From: Patescibacteria group bacterium
GTDB lineage: Bacteria; Patescibacteriota; Patescibacteriia; Patescibacteriales; UBA12465
Direction: 5' to 3'
Length of the DNA: 64,000 bases
NCBI GenBank assembly: GCA_041658665.1
Contig: JBAZZR010000001.1
Location: forward strand, 320,576-384,575
The notes under the pieces: generated by a model
Database searches by the model: none
Told to the model about the DNA's origin: nothing
The model's input: the letters and a program-made list of their open reading frames with translations, nothing else
Shown here: in pieces, positions 54,242-63,210 of the stretch
How positions within the stretch are numbered: position 1 is the stretch's first letter
Layout of the letters: each line of letters starts with the position of its first letter
Made by a program: the position numbers and the translations under genes

Positions 54242-55078
54242 ATGGGTATTAAAAAAGTAAAAGCGAATACTCCTGGGCGCCGTGAAGCGACTTTTGATGA
54301 TTTTAAAGATTTGACTCAATTCTCTCCGGCCAAGAATTTAGTGGTGATTAAAAAAAGAAAAGGCGGTCGTAACTGTCAGGGGAAAATCACTGTTCGTCAT
54401 CGCGGTGGTGGCGCTAAACGTTATGTTCGTTTAATTGATTTTAAGCGGGATAAATTTAACGTCCCGGCTACAGTAGCGACGATTGAATATGATCCAAACC
54501 GTGGTGCTCGTTTAGCTTTATTAAATTATGCGGATGGCGCTAAACGTTATATTATTGCCCCGGCCGATTTAAAAGTCGGCGATCAAGTAACGAGTTCTCA
54601 CGAATTAATTGAAATTAAAAATGGCAATGCTTTACCTTTGCAGTTTATTCCCGCCGGTTTACCAGTCCATTGCGTGGAATTAGAGCCGGGTCAAGGAGCG
54701 AAGATCGCTCGGGGAGCGGGTAATGTCGTTTTTGTGATGGGTATTGAAGGAAAATATGCTCAGCTGAAGATGCCTTCGGGCGAAATTCGTCAAGTCAAAA
54801 AAGAATGTTTATGCACAGTTGGTCGGGCTAGCAATCCTGATCATCGCCATATTTCCCTAGGTAAAGCTGGTCGCAGTCGTCATTTAGGAATTCGTCCGAC
54901 TGTCCGCGGTACGGCCATGAATCCGGTTGATCATCCACACGGTGGCGGTGAAGGCAAACAGCCGATTGGTTTACGTCATCCTAAAACTATCTGGGGTAAG
55001 CCCGCTTTAGGGGTTAAGACTAGAAAGAAAAGACATTCGGATCGGTTAATAATTAAGAGACGAGCTAAGCGCAAGTAA
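54242..55078 (+). CDS. rplB: 50S ribosomal protein L2
   Basis: [20 protein letters not shown] and [13 protein letters not shown] motifs. Confidence 0.97.
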   Translation: MGIKKVKANTPGRREATFDDFKDLTQFSPAKNLVVIKKRKGGRNCQGKITVRHRGGGAKRYVRLIDFKRDKFNVPATVATIEYDPNRGARLALLNYADGAKRYIIAPADLKVGDQVTSSHELIEIKNGNALPLQFIPAGLPVHCVELEPGQGAKIARGAGNVVFVMGIEGKYAQLKMPSGEIRQVKKECLCTVGRASNPDHRHISLGKAGRSRHLGIRPTVRGTAMNPVDHPHGGGEGKQPIGLRHPKTIWGKPALGVKTRKKRHSDRLIIKRRAKRK

Positions 55079-55091
55079 ATCAAATAATTTT

Positions 55092-55382
55092 ATGTCCAGA
55101 AGTTTAAAAAAAGGGCCTTATATTAATTTGCGCCTGTTAAACAAAGTAAAAAATTTAAAGCCGGGTGATAAGACGATTATTAAAGTATGGGATCGCGCCT
55201 GCTCCATAACTCCAGAAATGGTTGGTTTAACCTTTGGCGTTCATAATGGCAAGACTCATGTGCCAGTTTATATTGTAGAAAATATGGTTGGCCATCGTTT
55301 AGGTGAATTTTCGGCGACCCGTAAGTTTTTAGGCCATGGTGGAAAAATTGCTAAATCGCAAGCAGCGGCGGCTAAGAAATAA
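55092..55382 (+). CDS. rpsS: 30S ribosomal protein S19
   Basis: [11 protein letters not shown] and HNGK.H.PVYI.ENMVGH.LGEF..TR motifs. Confidence 0.95.
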   Translation: MSRSLKKGPYINLRLLNKVKNLKPGDKTIIKVWDRACSITPEMVGLTFGVHNGKTHVPVYIVENMVGHRLGEFSATRKFLGHGGKIAKSQAAAAKK

Positions 55383-55396
55383 TTAATTTTTATTAT

Positions 55397-55903
55397 ATGG
55401 AAGTTAAAGCCAGTTTAAAACATTTAAGAATGTCTCCGCGGAAAGCCCGCTTAGTGATTGATGTCGTCCGTCAAATGTCGGTCGATAAGGCTTTGGATCA
55501 ATTAAAATTTATTAATAAATTAGCGGCCGTACCAATTGCTAAATTAATTAAGTCGGCTATTGCTAATGCCCAAAATACTTATAGTTTAGAAGCTAGTAAT
55601 TTATATATTAAAGAAATACGGTCTGACGAAGGAGTAATGTTAAAGCGTTGGATGCCGCGGGCGCATGGTCGGGCAACTTCGATTAGAAAACGGGGCTGCC
55701 ATATTAGTTTAATTCTGGCGGAAATAAAAGAGACTGGTAAGGCGGAGAAAAAAGTTCTTAAAGTCGCTGATCCGGTTAAATTGGAAAAATTAGCTAAAGA
55801 AGGTGAGAATGCTATGTCGAAAGCTAAAGCTAAGGCGGATAAAGAAAAAGTTAAAAGATCGGCGGGCGAGAAAACGAAAATGTTCCGTCGTAAAGCCGGA
55901 TAA
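55397..55903 (+). CDS. rplV: 50S ribosomal protein L22 with a C-terminal K/A/E-rich extension of about 55 aa
   Basis: A.LKHLRMSPRKARLVIDVVR and RWMPRAHGRA..I.KR..HI motifs, followed by a lysine-rich tail. Confidence 0.95.
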   Translation: MEVKASLKHLRMSPRKARLVIDVVRQMSVDKALDQLKFINKLAAVPIAKLIKSAIANAQNTYSLEASNLYIKEIRSDEGVMLKRWMPRAHGRATSIRKRGCHISLILAEIKETGKAEKKVLKVADPVKLEKLAKEGENAMSKAKAKADKEKVKRSAGEKTKMFRRKAG

Positions 55904-55928
55904 ACTAAGGTAATTATTAATAAATTAT

Positions 55929-56609
55929 ATGGGTAAAAAAGTAAATCCGAAAATTCTGCGCATGGGTATCACCAAGACTTGGCCGTCTTTATGGTTTGAT
56001 AAGGGGGATAAGTATATCAAAAATATCAAGCAGGATATCGGTGTCCGCAAATATTTAATTAAAGAATTTAAAGAAGCGGGGATTGATAAGGTAGAAATTA
56101 TTCGCAGCATCGGTAAGATAGAAATAAATATTACCACGGCTAAACCCGGTTTGATTATTGGTCGCGGCGGTAATGGCGCCGAAGAACTCAAGAAAAAACT
56201 CCATACTAAATTTTTAAAGAGCTTACGTTTAGGAGAAATTAATTTAAATATTAAAGAAGTTAGTCGTCCTAATTTGAGCGCGCAAATTACTGTTCAGGGG
56301 ATGATTTTAGATATTGAGAAGAGAATGCCTTTTCGAAAAATAATGAAACAAGCCTTAGGTAAAATTGAACGTGCCGGAGCATTAGGAGCGAAAACAGTGG
56401 TCGCCGGACGTTTGAACGGCGCGGAAATTGCCCGTACGGAAAAATTAGTTTGGGGTAAAGTACCGCTGCAGACTTTACGGGCGGATATTGATTATGCGCG
56501 AGGCGCCGCTCATACGACTTATGGCGCGATTGGTATTAAAGTCTGGATTTATAAAGGAGAAGTTTTTGAAAAAGAAAAAGATGTCAAAGGCGAAGTTATC
56601 GCTGAATAA
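55929..56609 (+). CDS. rpsC: 30S ribosomal protein S3
   Basis: MGKKVNP...R.GI, the KH-domain GLIIGRGG, and GRLNGAEIAR.E motifs. Confidence 0.95.
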   Translation: MGKKVNPKILRMGITKTWPSLWFDKGDKYIKNIKQDIGVRKYLIKEFKEAGIDKVEIIRSIGKIEINITTAKPGLIIGRGGNGAEELKKKLHTKFLKSLRLGEINLNIKEVSRPNLSAQITVQGMILDIEKRMPFRKIMKQALGKIERAGALGAKTVVAGRLNGAEIARTEKLVWGKVPLQTLRADIDYARGAAHTTYGAIGIKVWIYKGEVFEKEKDVKGEVIAE

Positions 56610-56632
56610 AATAAACAATAGTTAGAAAAAAT

Positions 56633-57040
56633 ATGTTAATGCCCAAGAAAACTAAATGGAGAAAAGACCAAAAACGACGCCGGGGCGGTAAAGCCAGCCG
56701 TCATTTAAATATTAGTTTTGGTAGCTATGGTTTAAAGAGTCTAACGGCTTGCTGGGTGACTTCTCGTCAGATAGAATCAGCTCGTCGCGTCATGACTCAA
56801 TATGTTAAAAAAGGCGGACAGCTTTGGATTAGAATTTTTCCGGACAAGCCCGTAACCGCGCACGGCGGTGAGATCCCGATGGGTAAAGGGAAGGGCGCGG
56901 TTGACCATTATGTAGCGATTATTAAACCGGGGATGATTATGTTTGAAATGGAAGGGATTACTAAAGAAACTGCTAAGAAAGCCATGGAGCTAGCGGCTTA
57001 TAAATTACCGATTAAATGTCAGTTTATCAGTAAGGAATAA
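56633..57040 (+). CDS. rplP: 50S ribosomal protein L16
   Basis: MLMPKKTKWRK start and IRIFPDKPVT..G.E..MGKGKG motif. Confidence 0.95.
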   Translation: MLMPKKTKWRKDQKRRRGGKASRHLNISFGSYGLKSLTACWVTSRQIESARRVMTQYVKKGGQLWIRIFPDKPVTAHGGEIPMGKGKGAVDHYVAIIKPGMIMFEMEGITKETAKKAMELAAYKLPIKCQFISKE

Positions 57041-57054
57041 ATGTTTTAAATTAT

Positions 57055-57240
57055 ATGGATTTTAAAGAATTAAAAATCAAGACCGTCGCAGAATTGCAGA
57101 AATTATTAGATTTGAATCGTGAAAAATTACGGGATTTACGTTTTAAAGATTCTAATAAGCAGTTGAAAAATATTCGAGAAATTAGAAGTATTAAGCAGTT
57201 AATCGCTCAGATTTTAACCTTAATCAATAAGCAAAAATAA
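57055..57240 (+). CDS. rpmC: 50S ribosomal protein L29
   Basis: 61 aa with the ELK.KT..EL...L..L..EL..LRF pattern. Positioned between L16 and S17. Confidence 0.9.
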   Translation: MDFKELKIKTVAELQKLLDLNREKLRDLRFKDSNKQLKNIREIRSIKQLIAQILTLINKQK

Positions 57241-57242
57241 AT

Positions 57243-57536
57243 ATGGTCACTGCGAAATCTAAAAAAATGAAAACCGAAGAAACCGCCGCGTTACCAGTCG
57301 CTCAACTTATCCAGCGCAAGTTTACTGGCGTAGTGGTTAGCGATAAGAACGATAAAACAATCGTGGTTAAAGTTGAGTCAGTCAAGAAACATCCTAAATA
57401 TCATAAACGTTATACGGTTAGTAAGAAATATAAAGTCCATGATGAAGCTAATAGTTATAAAATTGGTGATAAGGTGAGCTTTATGGAATGTCGGCCCTTA
57501 AGCCGCGATAAAAGATGGCGGGTAATAAAAAAATAA
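57243..57536 (+). CDS. rpsQ: 30S ribosomal protein S17
   Basis: F.GVVVSDK.DKTIVV.VE....HP.Y.K.......Y.VHDE motif. Confidence 0.95.
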   Translation: MVTAKSKKMKTEETAALPVAQLIQRKFTGVVVSDKNDKTIVVKVESVKKHPKYHKRYTVSKKYKVHDEANSYKIGDKVSFMECRPLSRDKRWRVIKK

Positions 57537-57540
57537 TTAT

Positions 57541-57915
57541 ATGGTGCAAGTACAAACCTATTTAAAGGTGGCGGATAACTCTGGGGCTAAGGAAGCGCAG
57601 TGTATTCGAGTTTTAGGCGGTTATAAACGTCGTTATGGCCACGTGGGTGATATTATAGTTGTCACGGTTAAATCGGCTGTTCCTCATGCTGCGGTTAAAA
57701 AGAGTGACGTGGTTAAAGCAGTTATTGTCAGAACTAAGAAAGAAATCCGTCGCGCGGATGGCTCTTATGTTCGTTTTGATGATAATGCCTGTGTAATTAT
57801 TAATGATGCTGAAAAAAAGGAGCCGAAAGGAACCCGTATTTTTGGACCAGTCGCGCGAGAGGTAAGAAAAGCCGGATTTATAAAAATAGCTTCTCTAGCG
57901 CCTGAAGTTTTATAA
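57541..57915 (+). CDS. rplN: 50S ribosomal protein L14
   Basis: [21 protein letters not shown] and IRFDDNA.V.I motifs. Confidence 0.97.
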   Translation: MVQVQTYLKVADNSGAKEAQCIRVLGGYKRRYGHVGDIIVVTVKSAVPHAAVKKSDVVKAVIVRTKKEIRRADGSYVRFDDNACVIINDAEKKEPKGTRIFGPVAREVRKAGFIKIASLAPEVL

Positions 57916-57940
57916 AATTTTTTTGTGACTTGTTAATAAT

Positions 57941-58264
57941 ATGAATATAAAAAAGAATGACAATGTGAAAATTTTAGCCGGTAAAGATAAAGGAAAAACC
58001 GGTAAAGTTTTGCAGGTTTTGCCGGCAGAAAATAGAGCGAGCGTTGAAGGCTTAAATTTACTCATTAAGCATCTGCGTCCTCGTCGTAATGGCGAAAAAG
58101 GGCAGAGAATTGAATTCCCGGCTTTCATCAGTATTTCTAATCTAGCGCTTATCTGTCCGAAATGCGGTCGGGCGACTCGAATCGCTTCTCAAGTTGTCAG
58201 TGGCGCGAACCAAAAAGCTAAAAAAATGAGAAGTTGCCAGAAATGTAAGGAAATAATCGACTAA
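57941..58264 (+). CDS. rplX: 50S ribosomal protein L24 (with a C-terminal CxxC...CxxC)
   Basis: The KOW motif IKKNDNVKILAGKDKGKTGKVL, plus VEGLNL.KKH. The C-terminus contains CPKC and CQKC. Confidence 0.9.
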   Translation: MNIKKNDNVKILAGKDKGKTGKVLQVLPAENRASVEGLNLLIKHLRPRRNGEKGQRIEFPAFISISNLALICPKCGRATRIASQVVSGANQKAKKMRSCQKCKEIID

Positions 58265-58268
58265 TCTT

Positions 58269-58814
58269 ATGAGATTAAAAGAAAAATATCAAAAACAGAT
58301 AGTGCCAAAAATGCAAGAAAAGTTTGGTTTTAAAAATGGCATGCTCGTGCCGCGTTTGACCAAAGTTGTTTTGAACGTCGGTTTTGGCCATCACCTGAAA
58401 GAAAAAGAATTTATTGCTGATGTCGAAAAAGGCTTAATCAAAATTTCTGGTCAGAAACCGGTTTTTACGACAGCGAAAAAATCTATTTCTGCTTTTAAAA
58501 TTAGAGAAGGCTTGGTGATTGGCGCGAAAGTAACTTTACGGGGGACGCGAATGTATGACTTTGCTGATAAATTAGTTAATATTACTTTTCCTCGAGTGCG
58601 CGATTTTCGCGGTATTAGCGAAAAGGCCGTTGATGCTAATGGTAATTTAACAGTTGGTTTTAAGGATTGCACCTCATTTTCGGAAGTTAAGGTTGAAGAG
58701 ATTAATAATATTTATGGTTTAGAAGTATGTCTAGCCACTGACGCTAAAGATCGCGAATCAGGTTTAGAGTTATTCCGCCTCTTAGGTTTTCCTTTTAAAA
58801 AAGACAGTAAATAA
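58269..58814 (+). CDS. rplE: 50S ribosomal protein L5
   Basis: RLKEKY.......M.EKF...N.M.VPRL.KVV.N.G and FPRVRDFRG motifs. Confidence 0.95.
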   Translation: MRLKEKYQKQIVPKMQEKFGFKNGMLVPRLTKVVLNVGFGHHLKEKEFIADVEKGLIKISGQKPVFTTAKKSISAFKIREGLVIGAKVTLRGTRMYDFADKLVNITFPRVRDFRGISEKAVDANGNLTVGFKDCTSFSEVKVEEINNIYGLEVCLATDAKDRESGLELFRLLGFPFKKDSK

Positions 58815-58824
58815 TTTAAATATT

Positions 58825-59010
58825 ATGGCAAGAACCGCATTAATTGTTAAGGCCAGTCGTAAGCCGAAATTTTCCACCCGCAGCATTAATCGTTGTTGGC
58901 GCTGTGGTCGTAATCACGGCTTTATTCGAGATTTTAAGCTGTGCCGTATTTGTTTTCGTGAATTAGCCGATAATGGCGATTTACCAGGCATTAGAAAATC
59001 TAGCTGGTAA
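58825..59010 (+). CDS. rpsN: 30S ribosomal protein S14, zinc-binding type Z (61 aa)
   Basis: [21 protein letters not shown] and a C-terminal KSSW. Confidence 0.95.
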   Translation: MARTALIVKASRKPKFSTRSINRCWRCGRNHGFIRDFKLCRICFRELADNGDLPGIRKSSW

Positions 59011-59037
59011 TTTTCAACTTTTTAAATTTCAATTTAT

Positions 59038-59448
59038 ATGATGGATCCCATCGCAGACATGTTTACAAGAATTAGAAACGCTTCCGCTGTTAAAAAAACG
59101 GAGCTCGTTTTGCCGTTCAGCAAATTAAAATACGAAATCGCTAAGATTTTGGAGACGGAAGGTTGGCTGAAGAGGGCGACGCTAGTGCCGGGCGGTTTGA
59201 ATGGCCGACACAGCAGCTTTGATGAGTTAAAACTTGAGCTTAAATATCGTAAGAATGGTAAACCACAAATAAGCTCGATTCAGAGAGTAAGTCGACCGGG
59301 TCTAAAAATTTATGTTTCTAAAGACGAGATTCCGACGGTCCTAAATAATTTTGGCATGGCTATTATCTCTACTTCTCAAGGTTTATTAACTAATAAAGCA
59401 GCTAGGAAACAGAAAATCGGTGGTGAAGTAATCGGTGAAATATTTTAA
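59038..59448 (+). CDS. rpsH: 30S ribosomal protein S8
   Basis: DPIADMFTRIRNA and GGEVIGEIF motifs. Confidence 0.95.
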   Translation: MMDPIADMFTRIRNASAVKKTELVLPFSKLKYEIAKILETEGWLKRATLVPGGLNGRHSSFDELKLELKYRKNGKPQISSIQRVSRPGLKIYVSKDEIPTVLNNFGMAIISTSQGLLTNKAARKQKIGGEVIGEIF

Positions 59449-59470
59449 TTAAATACTTGTTTATATATTT

Positions 59471-60016
59471 ATGTCACGTCTAGGAAAATTGCCAATTAAA
59501 TTTGCCGCCTCAACTCAAGTTAGCTTGACGCTCGATAAGCTTAGTTTTAAGGGTCCGAAGGGACAGCTTAATTTAAGCTTGAATCCGCTGATGGGAGTTA
59601 AGATTGAAAATAACGAAATTCAGGTTATTCCACACGATAAAGCGGCTAAAAATAACAGCGCTATTTGGGGCTTAACTTGGAGTTTGATTAAAAATGCGGT
59701 GCAGGGAGTAAGCGTTGGTTTCGTTAAAAAGTTAGAAATAAACGGGGTCGGTTATCGAGCGGCAGTCAGTGGTAATCAGCTGAATATGAGTTTAGGCTTT
59801 TCGCACCCGGTTGAATTTAAATTGCCAACGGGCATTAGCGCGAGCGTCGCGGCTAATGTTATAACTTTAGAGGGAATTGATAATTGCCTTTTAGGAGAAG
59901 TAGCGGCGCAGATTCGGAAAATACGTAAGCCGGAACCTTATAAAGGGAAAGGAATTAAATATTCCGATGAAGTCGTGAGACGTAAAGCCGGTAAGGCGGC
60001 CGCTAAAGGTAAATAA
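59471..60016 (+). CDS. rplF: 50S ribosomal protein L6
   Basis: MSRLGK.PI, GVGYRA, LGFSHPV and PEPYKGKGI.Y motifs. Confidence 0.95.
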   Translation: MSRLGKLPIKFAASTQVSLTLDKLSFKGPKGQLNLSLNPLMGVKIENNEIQVIPHDKAAKNNSAIWGLTWSLIKNAVQGVSVGFVKKLEINGVGYRAAVSGNQLNMSLGFSHPVEFKLPTGISASVAANVITLEGIDNCLLGEVAAQIRKIRKPEPYKGKGIKYSDEVVRRKAGKAAAKGK

Positions 60017-60049
60017 GCCACATTAGGTTAGCAATAAATTAATGATTAT

Positions 60050-60403
60050 ATGGATAAAATAAAAGAAAAAACACAAAGAGAAGCTCGCCGTCATGGACGG
60101 GTGCGCGCTAAGATTTCTGGGACAGCTCATCGGCCTCGTCTCAGCGTTTTCCGATCTAATAAGGGAATGTTTCTCCAATTAATTGATGATTTAAGTGGTC
60201 GGACTTTGGCGAGCGCTAGTATGAAAGAAATAAAAAATTCTAAAAATAAATTAGAATCTAGCCAAGCGCTAGGACAATTGATTGCGCAGAAAGCTAAAGA
60301 TAAAAAAATTGCTAAAGTAGTTTTTGATCGGGGCGCTTATAAATATCATGGTCGGGTTAAATCCGCGGCGGACGGCGCGCGCACTGGCGGTTTAGAATTT
60401 TAA
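60050..60403 (+). CDS. rplR: 50S ribosomal protein L18
   Basis: RH.RVR.KISGT..RPRL.VFRSNK and FDRG.YKYHGRVK..ADGAR.GGL.F motifs. Confidence 0.95.
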   Translation: MDKIKEKTQREARRHGRVRAKISGTAHRPRLSVFRSNKGMFLQLIDDLSGRTLASASMKEIKNSKNKLESSQALGQLIAQKAKDKKIAKVVFDRGAYKYHGRVKSAADGARTGGLEF

Positions 60404-60447
60404 CCAGTTTAATTTTTAATTTGCGAATATATATAATTTACAGAAAT

Positions 60448-61113
60448 ATGCCCGAAGATAAAAAAAATAAAATAGCCTCTCCGGCGACTAATTCTAAATT
60501 AGGCGCGGCGGCCACTGTTGCTAAAGATTTATACGGCAATAAAGATAAACGTGGTCAAGGGAGCCAAGGCGGTCGCGGTAGAAATTTTAATCGCGACGAT
60601 CGCCCTAAGGATGATATGGAACAGCGTATTTTAGAAATAGCGAGAGTAACGCGGGTTATGGCTGGCGGTAAAAGAATGAATTTCCGAGCCTGTGTCGCTT
60701 TAGGCGATAAAAAAGGCAATGTCGGCGTCGGTTTAGGCAAAGGCGCTGATGTTACTATGGCGGTCAATAAAGCGGTCAATCGGGCGAAAAAAGATATGGT
60801 GAATGTTACTTTAGTCAATGAGACCATTCCTCATATGGTTACTTATAAAATGGGAGCGGCGAAGATTATTTTTAAACCGGCGAAAAAAGGCCGCGGCGTT
60901 ATCGCTGGCGGGGTTGCGCGGATTATTTTAGAATTAGCGGGGGTTAAAAATGTCACCAGTAAAACTCTTGGTTCAAAAAATAAAATAAATAATGCCCGTT
61001 GTACGATTGAAGCGCTACGCAGCCTGCGTCACGCCGAGACTAAAGCGGTTAAAGTTGAAAAAGAAGTTTTAAAAGAAGTATCGACGGAGGCTTCCTTAGA
61101 GATTAAAAAATAA
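60448..61113 (+). CDS. rpsE: 30S ribosomal protein S5 with an N-terminal extension of about 55 aa
   Basis: Core RVTRVMAGGKRMNFRA.VA.GD..G.VG.G.GKA..V..A..KA. ATG at 60448 preferred over TTG at 60421. The N-terminus is G/R/K/D-rich. Confidence 0.93.
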   Translation: MPEDKKNKIASPATNSKLGAAATVAKDLYGNKDKRGQGSQGGRGRNFNRDDRPKDDMEQRILEIARVTRVMAGGKRMNFRACVALGDKKGNVGVGLGKGADVTMAVNKAVNRAKKDMVNVTLVNETIPHMVTYKMGAAKIIFKPAKKGRGVIAGGVARIILELAGVKNVTSKTLGSKNKINNARCTIEALRSLRHAETKAVKVEKEVLKEVSTEASLEIKK

Positions 61114-61117
61114 AAAT

Positions 61118-61534
61118 ATGTTATCACTCAACACTATTTCTCAGGCTTCGGGCCGAGCTAAGAAACGTAAAAGAGTCGGTCGCGGTAATTCCTCTGGCCA
61201 TGGTACTTATAGTACGCGCGGTTTAAAGGGTCAGAAGTCGCGCTCTGGTGTCTCTGGTTTAAAGCGTTTAGGCCTTAAAAAACAGTTATTACAAATTCCG
61301 AAGTCACGGGGTTTCCGTTCTTTGAATCCTAAAAATCAAGTGCTGAGCGTTAAAGTTATCAATCAGAATTTTAAAGATGGAGAGGTAGTGACGCCGGCGG
61401 CTTTATTTGCTAAAGATTTAGTTTCTTCGTCTTCCCGCGCGATTAAAATATTAGGTAAAGAGAAGTTGACGGTTAAGGTTAAATTTGAAAGAATAAAGAT
61501 GAGTGAGAGCCTTAAGAGCCAAATTCAGTCATAA
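61118..61534 (+). CDS. rplO: 50S ribosomal protein L15
   Basis: K.RKRVGRG.SSGHG.TS.RG.KGQK.RSG motif. It starts 4 nt after the S5 stop, so no L30 gene is present. Confidence 0.95.
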   Translation: MLSLNTISQASGRAKKRKRVGRGNSSGHGTYSTRGLKGQKSRSGVSGLKRLGLKKQLLQIPKSRGFRSLNPKNQVLSVKVINQNFKDGEVVTPAALFAKDLVSSSSRAIKILGKEKLTVKVKFERIKMSESLKSQIQS

Positions 61535-61535
61535 T

Positions 61536-62807
61536 ATGTTTGATAAATTAACTCAAATTTGGAAAGCTGGAGATTTGCGTAATAATATTTTATACGTCTT
61601 GGCGATGCTCGTTATTTTTCGTTTAGCCGCTCATATTCCGGTGCCGGGCGTTGATACGGTTGCTTTAAAGAATTTATTCGCTTCTAATCAAGTTTTAGGT
61701 TTGATGAACCTTTTTTCAGGCGGGGGTATGGAAAATTTTTCTATTGTCATGATGGGAGTGGCTCCTTATATTACTTCCTCTATTATTTTTCAGCTTTTAG
61801 GCATGATTGTGCCGGCGATTGAGGAAATGCAAAAAGAAGAAGCCGGGCGTCAGAAAATTAATATGTGGACGCGTTGGCTAACTGTGCCTTTAGCGCTTTT
61901 TCAATCTTATGGCATGATTACTCTTTTACGTCGGGGTTCCGCCGGTCTTTTAGGTAATATCAATGCATTTGATTTAAGCGTGATTTTATTAACGATTACG
62001 GCTGGTTCGATATTTTTAATGTGGATTGGAGAACTGATTACCGAAAAGAAGGTTGGTAACGGCATCTCCTTATTAATTTTTGCCGGTATAGTCGCCGGTT
62101 TGCCAAAAGTTATTCAGCAAATTTTAGTTACTTTTGACCAAACGCAGTTATTTACTTTAATTGGTTTTGTTCTAGTCGGTTTAGTTACCGTCATTGGAGT
62201 CGTAATAATTAACGAAGGACAGCGTAATATTCCTGTTCAATACGCTCGTCAGATTCGGGGGAATCGGGCTTTTGGCGGCACGAGCACTCATTTGCCGTTG
62301 CGCGTTAATATGGCCGGCGTTATTCCGATTATTTTTGCTATATCCGTAGTTTTATTTCCGTCGATGATTTCCCAATTTTTAATTCATGCTAAAACGGCCT
62401 GGATTGCTAACGCGGCCACCGCGACGATTAATTTATTTAACAATCAACTGTTTTACGGAATTATTTATTTTATCTTAGTTTTTGCTTTTACTTATTTTTA
62501 TACCGAAGTAATTTTTCATCCGACACAAATCGCTGAAAATTTGCAAAAACAGGGTGGTTTTATTCCGGGAATTCGTCCCGGTAAACATACGAGTGATTAT
62601 TTATCTAATACTACTCATCGGATTATTTTAGTCGGGGCGCTATTTTTAGGCCTGATTGCTGTTTTGCCTTTAATTATGCGTTATTTTACGGGGATTCAGT
62701 CTTTAGCGGTCGGTGGCACTAGTCTCTTAATCGTTGTTTCCGTTGTCATCGAAACAGTTAAACAAATTGAGTCGCAACTAACGATGAGAGAATACGACGG
62801 GCTCTAA
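61536..62807 (+). CDS. secY: Preprotein translocase subunit SecY
   Basis: L..R.....L.M.VIFR.....PVPG, GV.PYITSSII.QLL and GNGISL.IF.GI motifs, with ten TM segments. ATG at 61536 preferred over the ORF-track start at 61503. Confidence 0.95.
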   Translation: MFDKLTQIWKAGDLRNNILYVLAMLVIFRLAAHIPVPGVDTVALKNLFASNQVLGLMNLFSGGGMENFSIVMMGVAPYITSSIIFQLLGMIVPAIEEMQKEEAGRQKINMWTRWLTVPLALFQSYGMITLLRRGSAGLLGNINAFDLSVILLTITAGSIFLMWIGELITEKKVGNGISLLIFAGIVAGLPKVIQQILVTFDQTQLFTLIGFVLVGLVTVIGVVIINEGQRNIPVQYARQIRGNRAFGGTSTHLPLRVNMAGVIPIIFAISVVLFPSMISQFLIHAKTAWIANAATATINLFNNQLFYGIIYFILVFAFTYFYTEVIFHPTQIAENLQKQGGFIPGIRPGKHTSDYLSNTTHRIILVGALFLGLIAVLPLIMRYFTGIQSLAVGGTSLLIVVSVVIETVKQIESQLTMREYDGL

Positions 62808-62829
62808 TTATTTTAAGATTTTTTTATTT

Positions 62830-62858
62830 AAAAATTGGCTTTATAGCCAATTTTTTTT
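62830..62858 (+). terminator. Rho-independent terminator after secY
   Basis: A perfect 10-bp stem, AAAAATTGGC / GCCAATTTTT, with the loop TTTATA. The T-run continues to 62858. Confidence 0.75.
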
Positions 62859-62859
62859 G

Positions 62860-62868
62860 TGGTATAAT
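62860..62868 (+). promoter_or_regulatory. Extended -10 promoter element (TGgTATAAT)
   Basis: TG at 62860-61 and TATAAT at 62863-68, about 35 nt upstream of the 98-aa ORF. Confidence 0.45.
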
Positions 62869-62902
62869 TAAAACAGTTAAAATTTTATTAATTATTAATT
62901 AT

Positions 62903-63199
62903 ATGGATTTTCAAGATGTGACCCGTGATTTAACCCAGCAAAATAGTTATTGGCTGGAAAAACGTTTTGAGGAAATGATGTATAAAAATCCTCATTATAA
63001 AAATCTCAGTGCCGCTAATCGTCAGTTAATTCTCGATTTAATTAAAAAATATAAAGAAAAATTACGCCGGGGTCTTAAACCGTCTCTTTTGACGATTAAA
63101 AATGACAAATATCATTTATATCAAAATCGAATAAAATTAGGTTTAACGCCTACTGATTTGGAACAGATTAATGATTTACTAGATAGCTTTTTAAAGTAA
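62903..63199 (+). CDS. Hypothetical protein (98 aa) at the position where adk is usually found
   Basis: Open frame with helical, K/L-rich sequence and no motif I recognise. It has its own promoter-like element and lies between secY and map. Confidence 0.45.
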   Translation: MDFQDVTRDLTQQNSYWLEKRFEEMMYKNPHYKNLSAANRQLILDLIKKYKEKLRRGLKPSLLTIKNDKYHLYQNRIKLGLTPTDLEQINDLLDSFLK

Positions 63200-63210
63200 T
63201 AAGCAACCTT

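Noticed and set aside
26-61535. Upstream TTG/GTG starts proposed by the ORF track for the methyltransferase (26), NIF3 (4406), mreC (9866), infA (35432), rpoA (37679), the islet small gene (41390), rpsL (46224), rpsE (60421) and secY (61503).
   Set aside because: In each case a downstream ATG reproduces the conserved family N-terminus (for example MPTVNQL for S12 and MFDKL.. for SecY) and removes overlap with the preceding gene. For the methyltransferase the frame is open to the window edge, so the true start is outside the window.
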